A DNA stretch of 64,000 nt from an uncultured Candidatus Rokubacteria bacterium (GTDB lineage Bacteria > Methylomirabilota > Methylomirabilia > Rokubacteriales > DASRDR01). Positions 38,727 through 47,602 of this stretch are shown here, one piece after another. The stretch lies in the NCBI GenBank assembly GCA_963812945.1, contig CAWEXD010000004.1, positions 77,178-141,177 on the forward strand, read 5' to 3'. A program made the translations under genes and the position numbers. Each line of letters starts with the position of its first letter. Position 1 is the stretch's first letter. The notes under the pieces were generated by a model that saw only the letters and a list, made by a program, of their open reading frames with translations, was not told the origin of the DNA and made no database searches.

Positions 38727-39110
38727 GTGAGAACGCAACAGGTGGGCCTCGGCGAGCTGGCGACACGACTGATCGGCGACCTCGGCCGGCTCGTCGACCA
38801 GCGGCTCGACCTCCTCAAGGCCGAGCTCAAGCGCGACGCAGCGAACGTCGCGAGGAACGTCGGGGTGCTGGCGGCCGGAACCGTCGGCATCGGCGTCGGC
38901 GCGGCCCTCCTGCTGCTGGCTCTCGGGCTGTGGATCGGACATCTCGTGGGTTCGACACCAGGAGGTCTGGCCCTCGTGGGCGCAGGTCTCGTCCTGGCCG
39001 GCGCGGGGCTGGGCCTCCTGGCCGTGAAGAGCCTGGCACGCCAACGGCTCGCCCGGGAAACCGTCCGCGAGCTGCGAAGGGACGCCGAATGGATCCGGCA
39101 CGAAGTGTAG
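38727..39110 (+). CDS. phage-holin-family-like small membrane protein (PF07332-type)
   Basis: GTG start; two central TM helices flanked by charged regions; conserved DUF883-holin-DUF3618 gene order. Confidence 0.55.
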   Translation: MRTQQVGLGELATRLIGDLGRLVDQRLDLLKAELKRDAANVARNVGVLAAGTVGIGVGAALLLLALGLWIGHLVGSTPGGLALVGAGLVLAGAGLGLLAVKSLARQRLARETVRELRRDAEWIRHEV

Positions 39111-39640
39111 ACATCGACCGTTTGCGTCGGGATATCGACAGGACTCGCGCGGACATCGCCCAGACGACGGGCGAGCTGCGCCGGAAAGCGGGTGAGGCCA
39201 TGCAGTGGCAGACCTACATCGAGCGGTACCCGGGCCCGATGCTGGCGGCGGCGGCCTTCGTGGGGGTCGCGGTCGGCCGACGGATCGCTCGCGGGATCAG
39301 CCGGGGCGCCGACCGTGGCGACGGACACCAGTGGACGTCCGTCGCGGCAGGAATGGACTCGGTGACGCGGATCCCCGCGCGGGTCGAGACGGGAGTCGAC
39401 CGCTTCGCGGCGGCCAGCGCCTCGTGGCAACGGCTCGCCTCTCGGATCGAGGGTCTGGTCAACAGAGTGATCGACGACGTCGCCGACGCCGCGGAGCGAG
39501 CGCTGGTTCCCGCCCTGGTCGGCGGTGTCCAGGCGTTCCTCGACGGCAGGGCGGCGAGACCAGCAAATCGACCGGGCCCCGTCGCCGGCGCGGCAGTCCG
39601 AGCCGCGACCGCCACGGCCACCACGGCCGAAGGAGAATAA
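39089..39640 (+). CDS. DUF3618 domain protein
   Basis: ATG at 39089 overlapping upstream gene end; DIDRLRRDIDRTRADIAQT.GEL DUF3618-like N-terminus, one TM. Confidence 0.55.
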   Translation: MDPARSVDIDRLRRDIDRTRADIAQTTGELRRKAGEAMQWQTYIERYPGPMLAAAAFVGVAVGRRIARGISRGADRGDGHQWTSVAAGMDSVTRIPARVETGVDRFAAASASWQRLASRIEGLVNRVIDDVADAAERALVPALVGGVQAFLDGRAARPANRPGPVAGAAVRAATATATTAEGE

Positions 39641-39641
39641 C

Positions 39642-40061
39642 GTGAGCCCAACGAAGCTCGATCGACGCGTCACCCGCGAGCTGGAGCGCTTCCTCCAAAA
39701 CGAGGTGACACGCCTCCAGACGTCTCTGCGGGCCGTCATCACGGAAAACCGCACCTCCGAGAGCACGAACCTGACGGACATGTCCGTCCACGCCGCGGAG
39801 ACTCTCCACACGGAGATCCGCGTGACCCTGATGGATCGTCGGACGCAGCAACTCGTCCAGATCCAGGACGCCCTCGCGCGCCTGGCCAACGGGCACTACG
39901 GGTTCTGTCAGGAGTGCGACGCGTTCATCGGCCTGCCCCGCCTCCGGGCGCTGCCGTTCGCCCAGCGGTGCCGGGATTGCCAGGGGAACGCCGAGCGGCA
40001 GGCGCGCCGGGAGTCGGTGGCCGCCGTCCGGCAGCAGTCGCCCGAGCTCGAAGTCGCCTGA
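39642..40061 (+). CDS. DksA/TraR-family C4-type zinc-finger protein
   Basis: GTG with AAGGAG 7 nt upstream; coiled-coil then CQECDAFIG.....CRDC. Confidence 0.7.
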   Translation: MSPTKLDRRVTRELERFLQNEVTRLQTSLRAVITENRTSESTNLTDMSVHAAETLHTEIRVTLMDRRTQQLVQIQDALARLANGHYGFCQECDAFIGLPRLRALPFAQRCRDCQGNAERQARRESVAAVRQQSPELEVA

Positions 40062-40093
40062 GTCGAGCGCTCGACGACGGCGAGAGACGACGA

Positions 40094-40705
40094 ATGTTCT
40101 CGCCCGTCGCCGGGTGGCTCCACGAACATCTGTACGCGGTCGTGTTCCTGGGAGCCGTCCTCGACGCGATCGGCGTCCCCTTCCCGGGCCGGCTCATGCT
40201 GATCGCCGTGGGGTCCTTCTCGCACCCCGCGTCGGAGCCCGGCGCCAGCGCGCCGGCCCTGATCGCCCTCGCCACGGTCGGCACGGTGGCGGGCGACCAC
40301 GTCTGGTACGTCGTCGGCCGGTTCAAGGGGCGCCGTCTTTTCGAGATCTATTGCCGGCTGTTTCGGCTCTCGGAATCGAAGACACGGACGGCGGACCGTC
40401 TCCTGCGGCGGTTCGGCGGACTGGCCCTCGTCTTCGCCCGGATCGCCGCTAGCCTTCGAATCGTGGTCGCGCCGCTCGCCGTGTCGCGCGGCATGTCGTA
40501 CCGTCGCTTCCTGGCGTTCGATGTCCTGGGCGCCATGCTCTGGGTCACGGGGTTCGTCTGGCTGGGGCGAGCCGCCGGCTCGTTCGCGTCCGAAAGCGGC
40601 CTGCTGGGCGCTCTCGCGGTCATCGGCGGCCTGGGAACCGCCTGTGTCGTGGTGAGCGTGCTGGCCCGCCGCCATCTCCCCGCCAGCCCATCGTGCGCTG
40701 ACTGA
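40094..40705 (+). CDS. DedA/SNARE-associated family membrane protein
   Basis: DedA core, G..FPG..... motif region. Confidence 0.7.
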   Translation: MFSPVAGWLHEHLYAVVFLGAVLDAIGVPFPGRLMLIAVGSFSHPASEPGASAPALIALATVGTVAGDHVWYVVGRFKGRRLFEIYCRLFRLSESKTRTADRLLRRFGGLALVFARIAASLRIVVAPLAVSRGMSYRRFLAFDVLGAMLWVTGFVWLGRAAGSFASESGLLGALAVIGGLGTACVVVSVLARRHLPASPSCAD

Positions 40706-40826
40706 TCGCGAAGCCGAGGTGACGTGCGCTCGGCGACTCGCCGGAATGCCGCCCCGCCGAACCCCGGGCGGAGGCGGTCTCATCCCAGGGCAGACCCTTG
40801 CCGGGGTCGGCAGGAGGCTTGCACCC

Positions 40827-42128
40827 ATGATGAATGAGATGCACGACATCGGCTCGACCACGGTCCCCGGCCGGAGGCGTCTAGGAGCACTGTGCGCGGG
40901 CCTGATCGCCGTCGCCCTGCTCGTCACGAGCGCGTGCACTCATGTCCCGGTCCACCGGACGCTGCCGCCCATGAACCTCGGGGAGCCGGCCTTCCTCTCG
41001 ACGCTCGAAGCGCATGCGCAGGCGCCCATCGTCGGCGGCAATCGGCTGACGCTCCTCCTGAACGGGGAGCAGATCTATCCGGCGATCATGGACGCGATTC
41101 GACGAGCGCGCCGGACGATCACCTACGCCCAGTACAGCTACGAGGACGGCAAGATCGCACGGGACCTCGCCGAGGCGCTCGCCGAGCGCTGCCGAGCCGG
41201 TGTCACCGTGCACGTTCTGCTCGACAGTGTGGGCACTCTTTCGATGCCGCGGGAGTACGTCGAGCTGATGTCCCGGGACGGGTGCCAGGTCGTCACGTTC
41301 CGGCCGATCGGGCCGTTCGGGCTGGGCAGCGCCAACAACCGGAATCACCGGCGCATCCTGGTCGTCGACGGGCGGATCGGCTTCACGGGTGGGTCCGGCG
41401 TCGGCAGCAAGTGGGCGGGAAACGGCCGCGTCGCAGACCACTGGCGCGACACCGACGTCCGGATCGAGGGGCCGGTCGTCGAATACCTCCAGGGGGCGTT
41501 TGCCGAGAACTGGGTCGAGGCCACAGGTGTGGTCCTCGGCGGGGCGGACTACTTCCCCGCTCCGAACGGAGCCAAGGGCCAGACTCGCGCGCAGGTCATC
41601 CGCAGCGGCCCCCGGGCCGGAAGCTACTCGATGCACACGACGTTCCTCCTGGCGCTGTCGTCGGCCCGCCGCTCGATCAAGATCACGAATCCGTACGTCC
41701 TTCTCGACGAGCAGATGATCGAGATCCTGGTCCAGGCCGCCCGACGCGGGGTCCGGATCAGCTTCCTCGTGCCCGGCGTGATCGACCACCCGCTGGTCCG
41801 TCACGCTGGTCGGCGGCAGTTCGGGCGGCTCCTCGAGGAGGGGATCGAGATCCACGAGTACACCGCGGCGCTGCTGCATGCCAAGACGATGGTCATCGAC
41901 GGCATCTGGGCCACGGTGGGCAGCACGAACCTCGACCACCGGTCGTTCAAGCTGAACGACGAGCTGAACGTGGTGGCGTACGACCCGGGATTCGCCGCCC
42001 AGCTCGAGCGGGTCTTCGAGAACGATCTCCGTCACGCGCGGCGGGTCGACCTGGAGGCCTGGCGCGACCGGGGCATCAAAGGGCGCATGCTGGAATTCCT
42101 GGCCATCCCTTTCGAGAGCAATCTCTGA
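40827..42128 (+). CDS. cls: cardiolipin synthase (phospholipase D family, two HKD motifs)
   Basis: SD AGGAGG 9 nt upstream; N-terminal signal/anchor; HKD-1 NHRRILVVDG, HKD-2 LHAKTMVIDG..GSTNLD. Confidence 0.85.
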   Translation: MMNEMHDIGSTTVPGRRRLGALCAGLIAVALLVTSACTHVPVHRTLPPMNLGEPAFLSTLEAHAQAPIVGGNRLTLLLNGEQIYPAIMDAIRRARRTITYAQYSYEDGKIARDLAEALAERCRAGVTVHVLLDSVGTLSMPREYVELMSRDGCQVVTFRPIGPFGLGSANNRNHRRILVVDGRIGFTGGSGVGSKWAGNGRVADHWRDTDVRIEGPVVEYLQGAFAENWVEATGVVLGGADYFPAPNGAKGQTRAQVIRSGPRAGSYSMHTTFLLALSSARRSIKITNPYVLLDEQMIEILVQAARRGVRISFLVPGVIDHPLVRHAGRRQFGRLLEEGIEIHEYTAALLHAKTMVIDGIWATVGSTNLDHRSFKLNDELNVVAYDPGFAAQLERVFENDLRHARRVDLEAWRDRGIKGRMLEFLAIPFESNL

Positions 42129-42179
42129 TCGGCGACCGCGAGGTCGCCAGCCCCCGGGAGCGTCCGGGCCAGCGCCCGA

Positions 42180-43223
42180 CTACCAGGAAATCGTCTGCCC
42201 CGGGGTCAGGACCGCGACCTGCTCCTCGAGCCCCCGCTGGAGCGCCTCCCTCCACAGCCAGTCGGGCGGCTCCCGGAAAGGCTCCCGGTTCATGTCGAAG
42301 GTCCCCCAGTGCATGGGCACCAGCAGTCGCCCTCGAAGGTCCTCGAACAGCTGGATGGCCTCCGCCGGGTTCACGTGATTCGGGTGCCGAGCCTGGAAGG
42401 CACTGTAACCCCCGATCGGCACGGCGGCGAGGTCGAACGGCCCGAAGCGATCCCCGATCGCCTTGAGCCTTGGATCGTAGCCGGTGTCGCCGGCGAAGAA
42501 GAAGCGCTTGGTGCCGAGGACGGCCCACGACGCCCACAGGCGCAGGTACTGGTCGGTGAGCCCTCGGCCGGAGGAATGTTGCGCCGGCGTGCACACCAGG
42601 GTGAGCCCCTGGAACTCGACAGCCTGCCACCAGTCCAGCTCGACCACGTCCGTGATGCCGCGAGCGGCCAGCCACGCGCGAATGCCGAGCGGCACGAAGA
42701 ACCGCGGGCGGTGCTCACGCGCGAGCCGATCGACGGTCTCCGTGTCGAGGTGGTCGTAGTGGTCGTGCGAGATGACGACGGCGTGGATCGGCGGAAGGTC
42801 GGCGAACGCGACGCCCGGTGGCACGAGCCGTCGAGGGCCGGCGAAGTCGACGGGGCTGGCCCGGTCTCCCCAGTGCGGATCCGTGAGGATGTTCACACCG
42901 TCGAGCTGCACGAGGAACGTGGAATGGCCGACCCAGGTGACGGTCGGCTCCCTCCCGTTGACTCGCAGGCTCGCGCCGTCGTTGCGAACGACGGCCGCCG
43001 CCTCGCCACGCGGAGGGTGTGACTCGAAACCCCGCCGGACGAAGCGCCACGCTCGATCCCCGAGACCATAGCGATAGCCGTCGTCGAGGTTGCGGAAGCC
43101 GCGCCGGAGATGGTGGACCGGCTTCGACTCCACACCGGCGGACTCGACGCGGACGGCGGCTGCCGGCAGGCAAGCGACAAGCAGCAGCGCCACGAGCGAT
43201 GCGCGACCGGTGATTCGGAGCAC
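42180..43223 (-). CDS. secreted MBL-fold metallo-hydrolase (NAPE-PLD-like)
   Basis: GTG start with GGAGGG SD; signal peptide; ISHDHYDHLD MBL motif. Confidence 0.7.
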   Translation of the reverse strand: MLRITGRASLVALLLVACLPAAAVRVESAGVESKPVHHLRRGFRNLDDGYRYGLGDRAWRFVRRGFESHPPRGEAAAVVRNDGASLRVNGREPTVTWVGHSTFLVQLDGVNILTDPHWGDRASPVDFAGPRRLVPPGVAFADLPPIHAVVISHDHYDHLDTETVDRLAREHRPRFFVPLGIRAWLAARGITDVVELDWWQAVEFQGLTLVCTPAQHSSGRGLTDQYLRLWASWAVLGTKRFFFAGDTGYDPRLKAIGDRFGPFDLAAVPIGGYSAFQARHPNHVNPAEAIQLFEDLRGRLLVPMHWGTFDMNREPFREPPDWLWREALQRGLEEQVAVLTPGQTISW

Positions 43224-43404
43224 GTGGAGGCCCTCCAGCCGTCGAGCTCAGGCCTCCCGAGGGAGGTCCCGACTACATTTCAGCCTAGCACGTGCGATGG
43301 GGACGTGCTGCGCGACGGAGGGGCGCGGCCGGTTTTTCGACGCGTCAGCATGACGCGGGGGCGACGACATGACGTCGCGGGCTCCGGGTACACCCTCCCG
43401 CCGG

Positions 43405-43420
43405 CGGCACTCCCATTGCA
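43405..43420 (+). promoter_or_regulatory. sigma-54 promoter CGGCAC-N5-TTGCA
   Basis: predicted TSS about 43430, just ahead of the SD/ATG of the DUF748 gene. Confidence 0.55.
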
Positions 43421-43446
43421 CCTATTACGGGTCGAGGAGCATGCGC

Positions 43447-45069
43447 ATGCGCACACGCTGGACGAGCGCCGCCCGCAAGGGTCTGGCCCGAGTCGCCGGG
43501 GTCGGGCGCCGACGCTGGAAGTGGCTGGCTATCCCGGTGGCGGTCCTCGCCGTCCTCGTGGTGGGCCTGGACCACTTCCTCGACGAGCCGCTGCGCCGCC
43601 AGATGGAGCGGCGGCTCAACGCGGCGCTCCAGGGCTATACCGTCACCCTGCGGGGCCTCGACTTCCACATCGTCGGAGGCTCGCTCGACCTTCTCGATCT
43701 CGTCCTCGTCCAAGATCGCAACCCGGATCCTCCGGTGGTGAGCATCCCCAAGCTGACCGCAAGCATCCAGTGGCGAGAGCTCATCCGCGGATCGGTCGTG
43801 GCCGACTTTCTCATCGACCGCCCGACCCTCCACATCAACCGGCGTCAGCTCCAGAGCGAGGCCGAGGACCCGGTCCCCGTCGAGAAGCGCGGATGGCAGG
43901 AGGCGCTCGAGGCCATCTACCCCTTCCGGATCAACCTGTTCCGCGTAGCGGAGGGCGACATCACCTACGTGGAGGACAGCGACCGCCCGCTGCATCTCCG
44001 GCGGGTCACGTTCCGGGCCGGCAACATCCGGAACCTCCGCCTCAAGGACCACACGTACCCCTCGAACGTCTGGCTCGAGGCCATCGTCTTCGACTCGGGG
44101 CGGCTGGTCCTCGACGGTCGGGCGGACTTTCTCGCCGAGCCCCACCTCGGGCTCCGTGGCAACGTCGCGCTGAACGGAGTGGCTCTCGACTACCTCAAGC
44201 CGGTCGCCGCCCGTTACAACCTGATGATCAGCCAGGGCACCGCATCCATGAACGGCGAGGTCGAATTCGCCCCCTGGTTCAAGATGCTCCACCTCCACGA
44301 GGTGCGGCTCGACGGCCTGCACACCGATTTCGTCCACACTCCCCGGACGGCGTCGACCGAGAAGGTCGTGCGGGAGAAGGTCGGCCAGGCCGCCGAGGAG
44401 GCGTCGAACGCGCCCGGGCTGCTTCTCCGGATCGACCGGGCCTACGCGTCGCAGGCGAACGTAGGCTTCGTGAACAAGGGGGCGAGCCCGAGCTATCGCG
44501 TGTTCATCAGCGAGGTCGAGCTGGCCATGGAGAACCTCAGCAATCACTTCACGGAGGGCGAGGCGCTGGCCCTGTTGAAGGGCAAGTTCATGGGAAGCGG
44601 CGCCACCGTCGTGCGGGCGACGTTCCGTCCGGAGACCTCGGGCCCGGACTTCGACATCGACGTCCGCGTCGAGGATACCCAGATGCGCTCGATGAACGAG
44701 CTCCTGCGCGCCTACGGAAAGTTCGACGTGACCGGGGGCTGGTTCTCGCTCTACACGCAGCTCCGCATCAAGGACCGCCAGGTCACCGGGTACATCAAGC
44801 CCCTGTTCCGGGACATGGACGTCTACGATCCCCGCCAGGATCAGCACAAGAGCGCATTCCGCAAGGTGTACGAGCGCATGATCGGGGGCGTGGCCAAGCT
44901 CCTCGAGAACACGCCTCGGGACGAGGTCGCCACGAAGACCACGATCAGCGGGCGGCTCGACAGTCCCAAGACGAGCACGGCCGAGACCGTCGTCCGGCTG
45001 ATCCAGAACGCCTTCTTCGAGGCGATCCTCCCCGGGTTCGATCGCGAGCTCGCCCGGCTCCGGGCCTGA
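43447..45069 (+). CDS. DUF748 (AsmA-like) domain membrane-anchored protein
   Basis: N-terminal TM WKWLAIPVAVLAVLVVGL, long periplasmic DUF748-like body; second ATG (43447) chosen for SD spacing and predicted sigma-54 TSS about 43430 (first ATG at 43441). Confidence 0.6.
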   Translation: MRTRWTSAARKGLARVAGVGRRRWKWLAIPVAVLAVLVVGLDHFLDEPLRRQMERRLNAALQGYTVTLRGLDFHIVGGSLDLLDLVLVQDRNPDPPVVSIPKLTASIQWRELIRGSVVADFLIDRPTLHINRRQLQSEAEDPVPVEKRGWQEALEAIYPFRINLFRVAEGDITYVEDSDRPLHLRRVTFRAGNIRNLRLKDHTYPSNVWLEAIVFDSGRLVLDGRADFLAEPHLGLRGNVALNGVALDYLKPVAARYNLMISQGTASMNGEVEFAPWFKMLHLHEVRLDGLHTDFVHTPRTASTEKVVREKVGQAAEEASNAPGLLLRIDRAYASQANVGFVNKGASPSYRVFISEVELAMENLSNHFTEGEALALLKGKFMGSGATVVRATFRPETSGPDFDIDVRVEDTQMRSMNELLRAYGKFDVTGGWFSLYTQLRIKDRQVTGYIKPLFRDMDVYDPRQDQHKSAFRKVYERMIGGVAKLLENTPRDEVATKTTISGRLDSPKTSTAETVVRLIQNAFFEAILPGFDRELARLRA

Positions 45070-45077
45070 CCGGGTCG

Positions 45078-45109
45078 CGTCACCCTGTCCGTCCGGCGAC
45101 ACCGTGTCG
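45078..45109. promoter_or_regulatory. dyad UAS-like element CGTCACCCTGTC-N8-GACACCGTGTCG
   Basis: same 12-8-12 architecture and left arm as 38169..38200; centre 83 nt upstream of -24 GG of the promoter at 45176. Confidence 0.5.
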
Positions 45110-45175
45110 GAGCCCGATGCGTCCCTACCCTCTTCGGTCCCACGACAGGTGGGCCGTTCAGCGGGCGGAGCAGGC

Positions 45176-45191
45176 CGGCACAGGCCTTGCT
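45176..45191 (+). promoter_or_regulatory. sigma-54 promoter CGGCAC-N5-TTGCT
   Basis: 55 nt upstream of ATG 45256 (Zn-ribbon/PPC/TRASH operon). Confidence 0.6.
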
Positions 45192-45255
45192 CCCTTCAAG
45201 GCATCGACTACCGCTCGAGATCCGTACCTCGCAGGACAGGAAGAGGAGGCAGCCG

Positions 45256-45492
45256 ATGCCACGACGTTCGCGCCCTCGAGTTCGTGACGACTTCGGCGGT
45301 GGTGCTCTTCTGGAGCGCGCGCGCCGCTGGTCGGACTCGCACGTGACGTTCGACCGCACCACGGACGTGCCCGGCCGATGCCCTCACTGCGAGGGCCTCC
45401 TGACACGGCGTCTGGGCCCCGGCGTCCTGTGCGGGATGTGCGGCCGGCTGTGGATGGTCCGGGAGATGCTCGAGCAAGAGGCGGCTGCTTGA
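45256..45492 (+). CDS. small zinc-ribbon protein (CxxC...CxxC)
   Basis: SD GAGGAGG; CPHCEG....CGMCG; first gene of a sigma-54 transcribed four-gene operon. Confidence 0.45.
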   Translation: MPRRSRPRVRDDFGGGALLERARRWSDSHVTFDRTTDVPGRCPHCEGLLTRRLGPGVLCGMCGRLWMVREMLEQEAAA

Positions 45493-45929
45493 AGACGAAA
45501 GTCCTCCACGCGAACGGGACCCGCACGATCGCCGTCGTCTTCGAGACCGGCGAGGAGCCAATGCAGGGCCTCCTCGACGTTGCGAAGAGCGAGCGCCTCA
45601 CGGCGGGCCACTTCACGGCGATCGGCGCGTTCGAAGAGGTGACCCTCGGCTACTTCGATTGGGCGCGAAAGGACTACGCGCGGATCGCCATCCAGGAGCA
45701 GGTCGAGGTGCTGTCGCTGGTCGGCGACGTGGCGCTCGAGGGCAACGTGCCCAAGGTCCACGCCCACGTCGTCGTGGGCAAGCGCGACGGGACGGCGCAC
45801 GGGGGGCACCTTCTCGAAGCCCGGGTCCGGCCCACGCTGGAGGTCATCCTGATCCAGCCTCCCGGGCACCTGCGCCGGCGCTTCGACCCTCGGTCGAGGC
45901 TGGCGCTCATCGAGATCGAGGAGACGTGA
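45489..45929 (+). CDS. PPC-domain (DUF296) protein
   Basis: TTG start overlapping upstream stop (TTGA); PPC/DUF296 pattern (..GTRTIAVVFE.GEE....L......L.A.HFTAIGA....TLGYFD). Confidence 0.55.
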   Translation: MKTKVLHANGTRTIAVVFETGEEPMQGLLDVAKSERLTAGHFTAIGAFEEVTLGYFDWARKDYARIAIQEQVEVLSLVGDVALEGNVPKVHAHVVVGKRDGTAHGGHLLEARVRPTLEVILIQPPGHLRRRFDPRSRLALIEIEET

Positions 45930-45930
45930 G

Positions 45931-46161
45931 ATGCCACGATGCGACGTCTGCGGCAACGAGTACGACAAGACCATGTCGATCGACGCCTGGGGGCGCCGGC
46001 ACACCTTCGACTGCTTCGAGTGCGCGATCCAGCTCCTGGCACCCACCTGCGATCACTGCGGCTGCCGAATCATCGGTCACGGAGTCGAGAACGAGGAGGG
46101 CCGGATCTTCTGCTGCGCGCACTGCGCGCGCAAGGTCGGGGTGTCCGAGGTGCGCGCCTGA
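45931..46161 (+). CDS. tandem TRASH/YHS-domain metal-binding protein
   Basis: two repeats of CxxCG...(F/Y)xC(F/C)xxC: CDVCGNEYD...FDCFECAIQ and CDHCGCRI....IFCCAHCARKVG; SD GAGGAG. Confidence 0.5.
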   Translation: MPRCDVCGNEYDKTMSIDAWGRRHTFDCFECAIQLLAPTCDHCGCRIIGHGVENEEGRIFCCAHCARKVGVSEVRA

Positions 46162-46181
46162 GGCGCGACGGGAGGACGGCC

Positions 46182-46352
46182 ATGCCCGGGCGAAAGCATC
46201 TCCAGGGAGTCGGCGCCAAGGAGCAGCGCCAGTACGAGCACATCAAGGGGGCCGCGCAGAAGGAGGGCCGCTACGGGAAGCGCGCCGCCGAGATCGCCGC
46301 CCGGACGGTCATGAAGCAGCACGCGCGGAAGGGGCACCGCAAGGGCCAGTGA
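46182..46352 (+). CDS. small basic hypothetical protein (56 aa)
   Basis: ATG with GGGAGGA SD; Lys/Arg-rich, no motif recognised. Confidence 0.35.
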   Translation: MPGRKHLQGVGAKEQRQYEHIKGAAQKEGRYGKRAAEIAARTVMKQHARKGHRKGQ

Positions 46353-46426
46353 CGGCCGAGCGCGCCGGGAGCCCGGCGCAGCCGGGACCTATCCACTCAC
46401 CTCACTCACAGGGAGGCGCAAGAGCC

Positions 46427-46846
46427 ATGCGGCACATCCGCGTCACGGCATTCACGCTCGCCGCGTTGGGCGTCCTGGCGACGGCGCCGGCGGCCCAGAC
46501 CCCTCCAGTCGCGGCCACGGCCGCCGTCCCCGCGGACAGGCTCATCGGCGTGTGGCGAGGGCACTGGAGGGCGGATGACGGGGCGCAGCGCGGGGCAGTC
46601 GAGATGATCTTCGGCCACGAGCCCGGGCGCCCCACCATCGTCGCGCAGATGACCTTCCTCGACGGGAGCCGCGCGGACACGGTACGCCGCGAGGGGCGGC
46701 TGACACGCCAGGGTGCCTTCTTCGACCTGGTCGGAGGCGGCACCATGGTGCTGACGCTCTCGTCGGGCCGCCTCATCGGAGAGTTCGCCGGCGGCCCGGA
46801 CGTACCGACCCGGTTCGGGTCAGTCGAGCTGACTCGGCGCGGCTGA
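46427..46846 (+). CDS. secreted hypothetical protein
   Basis: SD GGGAGG; signal peptide MRHIRVTAFTLAALGVLATAPAAQ. Confidence 0.45.
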   Translation: MRHIRVTAFTLAALGVLATAPAAQTPPVAATAAVPADRLIGVWRGHWRADDGAQRGAVEMIFGHEPGRPTIVAQMTFLDGSRADTVRREGRLTRQGAFFDLVGGGTMVLTLSSGRLIGEFAGGPDVPTRFGSVELTRRG

Positions 46847-47602
46847 TTCCCGCGCGGGGCCCGGGGCCTTCTCCGGGGCGGCCGGGAGGCTCAGCTCGAC
46901 GATCCGGATCGGCGCGTGGTCCGGATCGAGATCGCGGAGGAGCGGCAGGCACACGTTGTAGACGGGTACCCCGCCCCGGGTTCGGGCCTCCGGCCGGCCC
47001 CGGTGCGCGTGGCCGTGAAACACGAGGTCCACCTGATAGCGGTCCAGCGGCTCCTCCAGCCGGCTCGAGCCCAGGAAGGGATACAGCTCGGGAGGCTCCC
47101 CCTCGACCGTCGCCTGGATCGGAGAGTAGTGCAGGATCGCGACGCGGCGGGCGGTGTGCAGGCGGGCCAGGGCTCTTTCGAGCTTCAGGGCCTCGTCCAC
47201 CGTCTCCCGGACGAAGCGCTTCATGATGTCCTCGCCCCAGGGCTGGAGGGCCCGCTCCCCGAAGCCCCCGCCGAGGCCCTTCACGCCGCCGATCCCGAGA
47301 CCCGCCACCTCGCAGCCGTCCCCGTCCAGGATGACGACGCCGCCGTCCCGGAGGATCTGCACGACCTCCTCGTGCTGGCCCGACTCGTAGTCGTGGTTGC
47401 CGAGGACGCCGACGGCGGGAATGCGGAGCCCGGTGGCCACCTCCCGGGCCAGCACGCGCGCCTCGTCCGGATGCCCGTAGTCGGTCAGGTCTCCGCAGAG
47501 CAGCAGGACGTCGGCGCTGGCGCTAGCCGCCGCGAAGAGGGGCTGGAGCGCGCCCTGCGACGTCTTGGTGACGTGGAGGTCACCGACGGCGGCGATGCGC
47601 AC
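46820..47602 (-). CDS. calcineurin-like metallophosphoesterase
   Basis: GTG start M/VRIAAVGDLH, then GDLTD, GNHDY, GHAH motifs; start overlaps upstream gene by about 23 nt. Confidence 0.65.
   Translation of the reverse strand: MRIAAVGDLHVTKTSQGALQPLFAAASASADVLLLCGDLTDYGHPDEARVLAREVATGLRIPAVGVLGNHDYESGQHEEVVQILRDGGVVILDGDGCEVAGLGIGGVKGLGGGFGERALQPWGEDIMKRFVRETVDEALKLERALARLHTARRVAILHYSPIQATVEGEPPELYPFLGSSRLEEPLDRYQVDLVFHGHAHRGRPEARTRGGVPVYNVCLPLLRDLDPDHAPIRIVELSLPAAPEKAPGPARESAAPSQLD

Noticed and set aside
40706-40826. Possible sigma-54 box GGGCAG-N4/5-TTGCC upstream of cls
   Set aside because: The -24 element is poor and the GG-GC spacing is ambiguous (9 or 10), with no UAS-like dyad nearby. 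A weak sigma-70 promoter is more likely.
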